46,646 nucleotides of DNA, from the NCBI GenBank assembly GCA_904398665.1, contig CAJFPG010000016.1:1-46646 (forward strand), read 5' to 3'. Origin of the DNA: Candidatus Geddesella stercoravicola (GTDB lineage: Bacteria > Bacillota > Clostridia > Oscillospirales > UBA644). Below, one piece after another: positions 18,887 to 26,408 of this stretch; within the stretch, counting starts at the first letter, position 1, and each line of letters opens with the position of its first letter. The position numbers and the translations under genes were made by a program. The notes beneath the pieces were generated by a model. That model did no database searches. It saw nothing but the letters and a program-made list of their open reading frames with translations, and had not been told where the DNA came from.

Positions 18887-19071
18887 ATTACTTTATTTTG
18901 TTGCTGGATTCAGTATAAAAAGTCTAAGATTTTGTTTTCTTTGAATATTTTTCTCTCCCGTTTTATTCGCGTCGCGTCTCGCGTCGCCCTCTTTTTAAGC
19001 GAAATTTATTCTTTGACGTTTTTATGAGGTAAAAGTAGAAAGTGAGACATAAACACGAAATTTTTTCAGAC

Positions 19072-19425
19072 TTATTCTTTTTCAAATATGAGTTCTGATA
19101 ATTGTCCTCTTGCGATTTCTATATTTTTAAAACTTTCTTTTGCTTTTTTCATTTTCTCTTGGTTGAGTAGAAAATAGGTCTTTTTTGAATATTCCGCCAA
19201 CTGTAAAAATCCGAGTTTTTCCGAAAAAGTTCCGATAAAATCCGCCGTTTTCATCGAGCTGCTTCTGATTTCCATTTTTAAAAATGTTTTGAGCCTCGCA
19301 AAGCAAGGGTCTTTCAAAAATTCTTTCACGCAGTAAACATATAGTTCCTCGTCTCCCAGAAAATTTTCGAGAGCTTTTTGAACGTCGACATCGTTTTTAT
19401 TAAGAATCTGTATCTCCTTTTTCAT
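19072..19425 (-). CDS. Hpt-like (histidine phosphotransfer fold) small protein lacking the phospho-accepting His
   Basis: The start at ATG 19425 overlaps the prmA stop (ATGA). N-terminal ..ALENFLGDEELY..CVKEFLKD.. and central ..TADFIGTFSEKLGF.. align by eye with the Hpt consensus ..AH.LKG.....G., with Asp at the His position. Confidence 0.45.
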   Translation of the reverse strand: MKKEIQILNKNDVDVQKALENFLGDEELYVYCVKEFLKDPCFARLKTFLKMEIRSSSMKTADFIGTFSEKLGFLQLAEYSKKTYFLLNQEKMKKAKESFKNIEIARGQLSELIFEKE

Positions 19426-20612
19426 TGTTTTTCCCTTTGAGTTTTTTGCGTGACGATACATCGCCAGCCGCGTTTCTCAGCGTCTTCGATAACTTTAAAT
19501 CCATTCTTTTTCAAAGCTTGAATAACTTCTTCTCTTCTTTCTGTAATTATTCCCGACAAAATGAAATAGGCTTTTTCGGTCATATAGTCTCCTATAAAAT
19601 CGCATAGTTTTATCAGAACGTCGGCCACTATGTTAGCGATTATAATATCATATTTTTCATTTAATATAATCGAAGGGAAATTCCTGTTTCTGTCGAGAAT
19701 ATCTCCGGTTTCCGCTCTGAATTTTCCTTGAAATTTATTGAGAGAAACGTTTCTTGTCGCTACTTTTACGGCATTCGGGTCTATATCTACGGCGTCGACT
19801 CTCTCGGCCCCGAGGATAAGCGCGGCGATTGAGAGAATTCCGCTGCCGCAGCCGAGATCCAAAACTCTCGTTGTCTTTCTTCCCGCGATAGCGATATTAT
19901 TTTTATTGCCGAGATCGTCTGTGAGAAATTCGGATAACGACGCGTCGGGATTACGGTCGGAATCTTTTTGAGAATTGTTTTTCTCTGTTTCGGTTTCTTT
20001 TCCGTCGTCGCTTGTTATATCGGCGACTTCCTTGTTTGAAAAATCGTTATCTTTAATTTCGGTTTGTTCCGGGTTTTTCAAAATTTTATTTTTTTGAGAC
20101 GCGAGGCCCTCGGGAGAGAGAACTTCCTGTAACTTTTCAAGGCAAAGCGCCGTGGTCTCATGATTCCCCGTGCCAAAAGCAACTCCCGGGTCTATTCGAA
20201 GTATTGTTTCTCCGGAAGCTCTTTTATAATCTTCCCACTCCGGGACAACGGTAATATTTTTTATCTTCAACGGTTTATAATATTGTTTCCAATTATTTTG
20301 GAAGTCTTCTTCCTTCACTGTGTTTTCCAAAACTGAAAAACTAATTTGTTCCGCGTCAAATCTTTCTTTTATAAAGATAAGGTTTTCTTCCGTATTCACG
20401 TGCTCAGCGAAATAAATATGTAAAAGCGCCGTTTCCTTATCTTTTTTTAAAAGTTCCTCATCAACCAACGCGAAATTCTTTACCAGAGGACAATCGAGTA
20501 AATCTGAGTAATCCTCGGTGTAAATTCCGCCGATATCGAGCATCGATACTATCGCGGAAGCCTTTTCCGCGTCTTTCGTTTTTATTTTGAGGATGATTTC
20601 TTTATACCGCAT
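19422..20612 (-). CDS. prmA: Ribosomal protein L11 methyltransferase with a ~80-aa low-complexity insertion
   Basis: N-terminal domain (MRYKEIILKIKT..), ..DPG.AFGTG.HETT.LCL, SAM motif VLDLGCGSGILSIAA..LGA, and ..DID..AV... The total is 396 aa against about 290-315 typical. Confidence 0.88.
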   Translation of the reverse strand: MRYKEIILKIKTKDAEKASAIVSMLDIGGIYTEDYSDLLDCPLVKNFALVDEELLKKDKETALLHIYFAEHVNTEENLIFIKERFDAEQISFSVLENTVKEEDFQNNWKQYYKPLKIKNITVVPEWEDYKRASGETILRIDPGVAFGTGNHETTALCLEKLQEVLSPEGLASQKNKILKNPEQTEIKDNDFSNKEVADITSDDGKETETEKNNSQKDSDRNPDASLSEFLTDDLGNKNNIAIAGRKTTRVLDLGCGSGILSIAALILGAERVDAVDIDPNAVKVATRNVSLNKFQGKFRAETGDILDRNRNFPSIILNEKYDIIIANIVADVLIKLCDFIGDYMTEKAYFILSGIITERREEVIQALKKNGFKVIEDAEKRGWRCIVTQKTQREKQ

Positions 20613-21283
20613 TTCTCTTTTCCTTTATTTTTGTCTTTATCTTTATTTTTATTTTTATCTTTATCTTTGAAATATTCGCAATATTCTTTAATAAAGCAGT
20701 TCTCGCAGCCCGGGTTTTGAGCTTTGCATATCTTTCTTCCGTGAGCGACCATGGCGTGGGAATAATGAAACCCCGTGTTAGGCGGAAGAATTTTTTTTAG
20801 GGTTTTTTCTACGATTACAGGATTTGTGCTGTCGCAGAGCCCTAATCTGTTTGATAGTCGTATACAATGAGTGTCTGCTATTACTACCGATTGATCTCCG
20901 TAAATTTCTCCCATCATCAGATTTGCGATTTTGCGTCCGACTCCCGCCAAAGAGCAAAATTCCTCTATGGTTTCGGGAAAATGTCCAGATTCTTCCAATT
21001 GTTTCGCCGCCGCGATGATATCTCTGGCTTTCGAATGATAAAGGCCGCAGGAAAATATCGCTTTTTCAAGCTCTTCTTTATCCGCGTTGGCGAAGTCTTT
21101 GGCTGTTTTATATTTTTTAAACAGTTCTTCGCATACGATATTAACTCTCACGTCGGTGCATTGCGCCGATAGACGAGAGGCCACAAGCAGTTGCAAAGGA
21201 GAAGAGAAATTCAAAGCGCATTTGACCTGCGGATATTCCTCAAATACTTTTTTTATAAATTTTGGAATCTCGCTTTTTTTCAT
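20582..21283 (-). CDS. nth: Endonuclease III (DNA glycosylase/AP lyase) with a Lys-rich C-terminal tail
   Basis: HhH-GPD motif LAGVGRKIANLMM, catalytic Lys and Asp (..DTH), and Fe-S loop C-x6-C-x2-C-x5-C (CKAQNPGCENCFIKEYC). Confidence 0.92.
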   Translation of the reverse strand: MKKSEIPKFIKKVFEEYPQVKCALNFSSPLQLLVASRLSAQCTDVRVNIVCEELFKKYKTAKDFANADKEELEKAIFSCGLYHSKARDIIAAAKQLEESGHFPETIEEFCSLAGVGRKIANLMMGEIYGDQSVVIADTHCIRLSNRLGLCDSTNPVIVEKTLKKILPPNTGFHYSHAMVAHGRKICKAQNPGCENCFIKEYCEYFKDKDKNKNKDKDKNKGKEKCGIKKSSSK

Positions 21284-21285
21284 TT

Positions 21286-22578
21286 TTATTTTTTATCTCC
21301 CGTATTCTTCTTAATTTCTTCCCAGTATTTTTTCGCGGCCTGTTCCGTTTTGTTATCTCCGAATTCGTAATATTTCGCTCCTCTGAACGTTTCCGGCAGG
21401 TATTCTTGGCAGACGTAATGATTTGGAAAATTGTGCGGATATTTATACGTAAGACCATGCCCCAGTTTTTCCGCTCCGCTGTAATGAGAGTCTTTAAGAT
21501 ACTCCGGTATCTCTCCCGCTTCTTTGTCTTTAAGGTCGGAGATCGCTTTGTCGATTGAGTTGATAACCGAGTTTGATTTCGGCGCCGTCGCCAACAAAAG
21601 AACCGCTTCCGCGAGCGGAAGCCTTGCCTCCGGAAGCCCGAGTTGAATCGCCGAATCGACACAGGCTTTTGTTATCGCCGCCGCCTGAGGGTAAGCGAGG
21701 CCGACATCCTCAGCGGCGATTACCAAAAGCCTTCTGCAAAGAGAAGGCAAATCTCCCGCTTCCATAAGTCTCGCGGCGTAATGCAAAGCGGCGTTCTCAT
21801 CGGAACCTCTGATTGACTTTTGAAGCGCCGACAAAATATCGTAGTGTCCGTCTCCGTCCCTGTCGTATGTCATATTGCTTTTTTGAGAGAGATTTCTGGC
21901 GGTTTCAAGAGTAATTTTCAAAGATTTTTGGCCGACTTTTCGATTAGTAAGCAACTCGACCGTGTTAATTGCTTTTCTTACGTCGCCGCCACAGGTCGCC
22001 GCTATATGAGAAATCACTCCGTTTTCTATCTCATAGCTGACGTCCGGATTTTCTCTCATAACAAAATCAAACGCTCTTCTAACGACTTTTTCTATTTCTT
22101 TTTTCTCTACCGGGCGAAACTCAAAAACCGTCGAACGGCTGAGAATGGCGTTGTAAATATAGAAATACGGATTTTCGGTTGTCGAGGCTATAAGCGTTAT
22201 GTCTCCGTTTTCAATAAATTGGAGGAGAAGTTGTTGCTGCTTTTTATTAAAAAACTGTATCTCATCGAGATATAGAATTATTCCTTTTTCATTTTGCAGA
22301 GAATCGATTTCCGAAATAATATCCTTAATATCCGCCGTTGAGGCGGTGGTGGCGTTTAATTTATAAAGCGTTTTTTCCGCGCGAGAGGCTATTATATACG
22401 CGAGAGTTGTTTTTCCTGTTCCGCAACGTCCGTAAAAAATCATATTCGGGATATTCCCGCTCTCTATAATTGTCCTTAAAGGCATCCCCTTGCCGAGAAG
22501 ATGCTTTTGTCCGACCATTTGGTTTATGGTTTCGGGCCGCATTTTAACCGCAAGGGGAATCTTTTTTACGCTATCCAT
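21286..22578 (-). CDS. Divergent RarA/MgsA-family AAA+ ATPase (second paralog)
   Basis: Same architecture as rarA but with Walker A YGRCGTGKTTLA, Walker B LYLDEIQFFNKKQQQLLL.FIE.GDITLIASTTENPYF.I.NAILSR, and C-terminal HYD.LSALQKSIRGSD.NAALHYAARL.EAGDL.. Confidence 0.85.
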   Translation of the reverse strand: MDSVKKIPLAVKMRPETINQMVGQKHLLGKGMPLRTIIESGNIPNMIFYGRCGTGKTTLAYIIASRAEKTLYKLNATTASTADIKDIISEIDSLQNEKGIILYLDEIQFFNKKQQQLLLQFIENGDITLIASTTENPYFYIYNAILSRSTVFEFRPVEKKEIEKVVRRAFDFVMRENPDVSYEIENGVISHIAATCGGDVRKAINTVELLTNRKVGQKSLKITLETARNLSQKSNMTYDRDGDGHYDILSALQKSIRGSDENAALHYAARLMEAGDLPSLCRRLLVIAAEDVGLAYPQAAAITKACVDSAIQLGLPEARLPLAEAVLLLATAPKSNSVINSIDKAISDLKDKEAGEIPEYLKDSHYSGAEKLGHGLTYKYPHNFPNHYVCQEYLPETFRGAKYYEFGDNKTEQAAKKYWEEIKKNTGDKK

Positions 22579-22662
22579 AACAACATTAATACACTTTCTT
22601 GTATCGTTTTAAATTTTTCTATATAGTTGTTTAGAATCCTTTTGTCCTAATTTAAAATATGG

Positions 22663-22844
22663 TTTTTTTCTCGTTATTTAGATTCTTGTTTCGATGTTTA
22701 AGTTTTTTCTCCGTTATTTAATCTTTTACGCTAATGTTTAATTTTTTCGTATTTAGTTTTTTTATTTTTAGCGTTAAAGTTTTTTTTGTATTTCTTCTTT
22801 TAGTTTTTTATTTTTAGAGTTTGAGTTTTTCTCGACATTTTGAG
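22663..22844. repeat. Degenerate tandem repeat, ~4.5 units of 38-46 bp (T6-8 C(T)C/GT(T)ATTTA ... (G)TTTAAG)
   Basis: I placed the unit boundaries by eye at 22663, 22703, 22742, 22780 and 22826. Confidence 0.6.
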
Positions 22845-22870
22845 CTTTTGTATAAGAATTTATTAAGTTT

Positions 22871-22911
22871 TTATATAATGATTCAAGTCCTTATATAATT
22901 GATTTAAGTCC
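22871..22911. repeat. Tandem direct repeat of 20/21 bp (TTATATAATGATTCAAGTCC / TTATATAATTGATTTAAGTCC)
   Basis: Read directly; a third partial copy (TTATGTCGAT..) follows. Confidence 0.85.
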
Positions 22912-23025
22912 TTATGTCGATATTGGGGTTTGTCTTGGTTTTTAAGTCTTTTATTATATAGGCGTTCGGACATTTGTTATTATTTCAGCGTTTAAGTTTA
23001 TATATAAAAAGTTAAAGAAAAGAAG

Positions 23026-24495
23026 TTAATGTTGGGAGTAGTTAGGAGCTTCTTTTGTTATATGTATGTCATGCGGATGACTTTCTTTGAGGCCCGCTCC
23101 CGTTATTTTGATAAATTTCCCCTTTTCTTTAAGTTCCGGGATAGTATGAGCCCCGCAATAACCCATTCCCGAGCGAAGTCCGCCCAAAAGCTGGAATATT
23201 GTGTCCGAAACTTTTCCCTTATAGGGAACTCTTCCTTCGACTCCTTCGGGAACGAGTTTTGACGCTCCTTCTTGGAAATAGCGGTCTTTTGACCCCTGTT
23301 TCATCGCCGCGATTGAGCCCATTCCTCTGTAAACTTTAAATCTTCTGCCTTCAAAGAGTTCGCTTTCTCCGGTTGATTCGTCGCATCCCGCGAAGAGAGA
23401 TCCCATCATAACGACGTCTCCTCCCGCGGCTATCGCTTTCGGGATGTCTCCGCTGTATTTGATACCGCCGTCGGCGATTATGGGAATATTCTTTTTTTTA
23501 GCGACCGAGGCCGCTTCAAGAATCGCCGTTATTTGAGGAACTCCTATTCCGGCGACGACTCTTGTCGTACAAATAGAACCGGGACCTATTCCTACTTTGA
23601 CAGCGTCCGCCCCCGCGTCTATAAGGAATTGAGCTCCTTCTGCGGTGGCGATATTTCCGGCTATGATTTGAGCGTGGGGGAACGCGCCTTTAATTTTTTT
23701 CAGGGTATTGGCTATATTTTCCGAGTGTCCGTGAGCGGAATCCAATACCATAACGTCCACGCCGTTAGCTAAAAGCGCCTCGGCTCTTTCCAATACGTCG
23801 GCGGTAACTCCGAGAGCTCCTCCGCAAAGAAGTCTTCCGTTGTCGTCTACCGCGCGATTCGGGTATTGAATCGCTTTTTCTATGTCTTTTATAGTGATAA
23901 GACCTTGGAGATTTCCGAGTTTATCTACAAGGGGAAGTTTCTCGATTTTGTGTTTTCTCAGTATCTCCTGGGCCTCCGAAAGTGTTGTCCCGACGGGGGC
24001 CGTAATAAGGTTGTCCTTTGTCATAACCTCTTTTATGGGGAGATTGTAGTCTGTAATAAAACGAAGGTCTCTGTTCGTCAGAATACCGACAAGCTTTTTG
24101 CCCTCGCAGATAGGGACTCCGCTTATTCTGTATTTTTCCATAAGAGAGTTCGCGTCCGCAACGATATGTTCTGGGCTGAGATAAAACGGGTTAGTGATGA
24201 CTCCGTTTTCGCTTCTTTTAACTTTGTCAACCTCCTCGGCTTGTTTTTCTATCGTCATGTTTTTATGAATAATGCCGATACCGCCCTCTCTCGCCATCGC
24301 GATAGCCATTCTGTGTTCTGTTACTGTATCCATGGCGGCGCTCATAAGAGGAATATTGAGGCGGATATTTTGAGTGAGGTTGGTCGTCAAATCGACGTTT
24401 CTTACGACGATATCCGAGTGTGCCGGTATCAAAAGCACGTCGTCGAAAGTAATTCCCTCGCAGACTATTTTGTCGGAAATAATGTCGTTAGTCAT
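23026..24495 (-). CDS. guaB: IMP dehydrogenase with a CBS-pair subdomain
   Basis: 489 aa; ..[11 protein letters not shown].. type N-terminus, catalytic loop [11 protein letters not shown], ..GG.....GD..KA.A.GA..VM.GS..AG..E.PG. Confidence 0.97.
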   Translation of the reverse strand: MTNDIISDKIVCEGITFDDVLLIPAHSDIVVRNVDLTTNLTQNIRLNIPLMSAAMDTVTEHRMAIAMAREGGIGIIHKNMTIEKQAEEVDKVKRSENGVITNPFYLSPEHIVADANSLMEKYRISGVPICEGKKLVGILTNRDLRFITDYNLPIKEVMTKDNLITAPVGTTLSEAQEILRKHKIEKLPLVDKLGNLQGLITIKDIEKAIQYPNRAVDDNGRLLCGGALGVTADVLERAEALLANGVDVMVLDSAHGHSENIANTLKKIKGAFPHAQIIAGNIATAEGAQFLIDAGADAVKVGIGPGSICTTRVVAGIGVPQITAILEAASVAKKKNIPIIADGGIKYSGDIPKAIAAGGDVVMMGSLFAGCDESTGESELFEGRRFKVYRGMGSIAAMKQGSKDRYFQEGASKLVPEGVEGRVPYKGKVSDTIFQLLGGLRSGMGYCGAHTIPELKEKGKFIKITGAGLKESHPHDIHITKEAPNYSQH

Positions 24496-24699
24496 CTTGT
24501 TCTCCCCCTTGGATTATATTTTTTCAATTTATTTTTTATTTTATCATAAATAAGATAAAAATGCAATAGCAAAAGTTTTTTTCTTAAAAACTGACAAAAT
24601 TCGTCTAAAAGGCGTTATTTTCGCTTTTTTTACGGGTTTAAATTGAATTTTCCGATATTTTTTTCAAAAAGTTCAAATGACTCGGGTTAAGCGAAACGT

Positions 24700-24728
24700 T
24701 TGACTTTTTCTTTTCAGAATGATATACT
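24700..24728 (+). promoter_or_regulatory. Sigma-70-type promoter of the GH1 gene: TTGACT, 17 nt spacer, TGaTATACT
   Basis: -35 at 24700..24705, -10 at 24723..24728, and the TG of an extended -10 at 24720..24721. It lies ~95 nt upstream of ATG 24821. Confidence 0.6.
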
Positions 24729-24820
24729 AAACAAGCTACTGATTATTTAAAAAATATTTATCCGTTTATAAGAAAATATAAAATATAAGCGTAAAAAGAC
24801 GAGAGAGAGGAAGCTGATTT

Positions 24821-26083
24821 ATGTTCGATATTTTTTCTCTTAAAGATTTTAAGATGCCGGACGGATTTTTATGGGGAGCGGGTTATTCCGGACATCAAGT
24901 CGAGGGGAATAATAAATATTCTCAGTGTTGGAAAAAGGAGATTGACGAAAATTATTCTGAAAAATCCGGCCTTGCCTGCAATAGCTACGAGATGTATATG
25001 ACTGATATCGATTTGATTCGCAATCTCGGTTTGCAGGCGTTTAGAACCTCGGTGGAGTGGAGTCGAATCGAACCGAACGAGGGGATTTTTTCCGAGGAGG
25101 CGGCGGAACATTACGTTTCCTTTTTTTCAACGCTTAAAGAACAGGGCGTTAAAGTTTTTGCGACACTGGTTCATTTTTCTCATCCTCAATGGCTTGAGGA
25201 AAAGGGGCATTTTACAAAGATTGAAAATCTTAAATATTTCGAGAGGTATTTAAATTTTATAGTTCCTAAAATAGCCCCTTACGTGGATTTTTGGAATGTC
25301 TTCAATGAGTTTAATTTAGGAACGAGCGATGATGAGGTATGTTTGAAGCTTTCGAGTCTGCGTTTTCACGCTCTCGGTTATCATATTATAAAAAAATACT
25401 CCGACAGTCCGGTAAGTTCGGCGCACGCTCTCGTGCAGTATATGCCGAAAAGGCCTTTCGATCGTTTTGACTCAGGCGTCGCCGATTATATAGATTTATG
25501 CGATAATGAGTTTTTCTTCCACGCGATAAGAACGGGGGAAATAGTTTATCCCGGAAGAGACGGAGAATATGTCCCTGAGCTCAAAAACAGCGTCGATTAC
25601 TGGGCCGTGAACAGTTATGTCCGCACAATGATCGACGCGAGAGAAAAGACCTCGGTTGGCTCTCGGTTTTCGTTCTCGAAAATGAAGATGATAGCCGATG
25701 ATTTTTATCTTGAAGAGATAAATCCGGAATGTATAGTAAATAATTTGAGCCGTCTTATTGATAAGCCCGTATATATAACCGAGAACGGATGTTCCTGCGA
25801 CAACGACGATATAAGAGTAGCCTTTATAAGCGTTTATCTCGCCGCGGTTAGGGAATGTATAGATCTCGGGTGCGATGTCAGAGGTTTTTTGTATTGGTCG
25901 TTGCTGGATAATTACGAATGGTACAGTTATCGCCCTCGTTTCGGTTTATATTCGGTGGATAGGAAAACTTTTGTTCGTACTCCGAAAAACAGCGCCGGGT
26001 TTTATTCCGAGATAATAAAAAATAATGGGGTCTCTCAATCGATAATAAGAAAGTATTTGAAAGAAAACCCGACTTTGAAGTGA
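24821..26083 (+). CDS. Glycoside hydrolase family 1 (beta-glucosidase / 6-phospho-beta-glucosidase-like)
   Basis: N-terminal FLWGAGYSGHQVEGN, acid/base region WNVFNEFN, nucleophile YITENG, and C-terminal YWSLLDNYEW..Y..RFGL..VD. Confidence 0.88.
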   Translation: MFDIFSLKDFKMPDGFLWGAGYSGHQVEGNNKYSQCWKKEIDENYSEKSGLACNSYEMYMTDIDLIRNLGLQAFRTSVEWSRIEPNEGIFSEEAAEHYVSFFSTLKEQGVKVFATLVHFSHPQWLEEKGHFTKIENLKYFERYLNFIVPKIAPYVDFWNVFNEFNLGTSDDEVCLKLSSLRFHALGYHIIKKYSDSPVSSAHALVQYMPKRPFDRFDSGVADYIDLCDNEFFFHAIRTGEIVYPGRDGEYVPELKNSVDYWAVNSYVRTMIDAREKTSVGSRFSFSKMKMIADDFYLEEINPECIVNNLSRLIDKPVYITENGCSCDNDDIRVAFISVYLAAVRECIDLGCDVRGFLYWSLLDNYEWYSYRPRFGLYSVDRKTFVRTPKNSAGFYSEIIKNNGVSQSIIRKYLKENPTLK

Positions 26084-26095
26084 ACAAAAATAAAA

Positions 26096-26120
26096 CCGTC
26101 GTTTACGGCGGCTTTATTCA
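26096..26120 (+). terminator. Small hairpin plus T-rich tail just after the GH1 stop
   Basis: CCGTCG-TTTA-CGGCGG (one G-U pair) followed by CTTTATT. Confidence 0.4.
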
Positions 26121-26227
26121 TAAAATAATAGAAAAAATCAGTTTTTATATAAAATTTTCTTATTTAAAGATAATATTATCGAGAAGCGTAGATAAATATA
26201 TTATAAAAATTATTTTATAATTTGAAG

Positions 26228-26269
26228 AAAAACCGTAAAAACAATATTATATTGTTTTTACGGTTTTTT
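26228..26269. terminator. Strong bidirectional terminator between the convergent GH1 and ABC genes
   Basis: AAAAACCGTAAAAACAATA / TATTGTTTTTACGGTTTTT inverted repeat with an A-run on one side and a T-run on the other. Confidence 0.8.
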
Positions 26270-26340
26270 AACTTTATTTTTTTCAATATCTTTACAATAC
26301 GGTTGTTTTAAACGATTGAAAAGAGAAAAAATCGAAAAGA

Positions 26341-26397
26341 CAGAAAAAAGGGAAATAAGAATAAATTGGGAAAAGAACTCTCTATTTCTTTTTTCTG
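26341..26397 (-). terminator. Weak AU-rich hairpin after the ABC operon stop
   Basis: CAGAAAAAAGGGAAATA ... TATTTCTTTTTTCTG with a bulge. On the - strand it is followed by a T-rich tract. Confidence 0.3.
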
Positions 26398-26408
26398 TTT
26401 CGTTCTTT

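Noticed and set aside
19426-19461. A longer N-terminus (MYRHAKNSKGKT..) for the Hpt-like ORF.
   Set aside because: It would overlap prmA by 40 nt. The internal ATG at 19425 forms an ATGA stop/start overlap typical of coupled genes in this window.
21240-21662. A 140-aa Arg/Lys-rich ORF on the minus strand overlapping the rarA2 3' end and the nth start.
   Set aside because: It is an alternative frame of two well-supported genes, and its translation is low-complexity and basic.
24496-24820. A purine/guanine riboswitch upstream of guaB.
   Set aside because: Reading the minus strand of the leader, I found no match to the conserved purine-riboswitch core or a three-way-junction pattern. The region is low-complexity AT-rich DNA.
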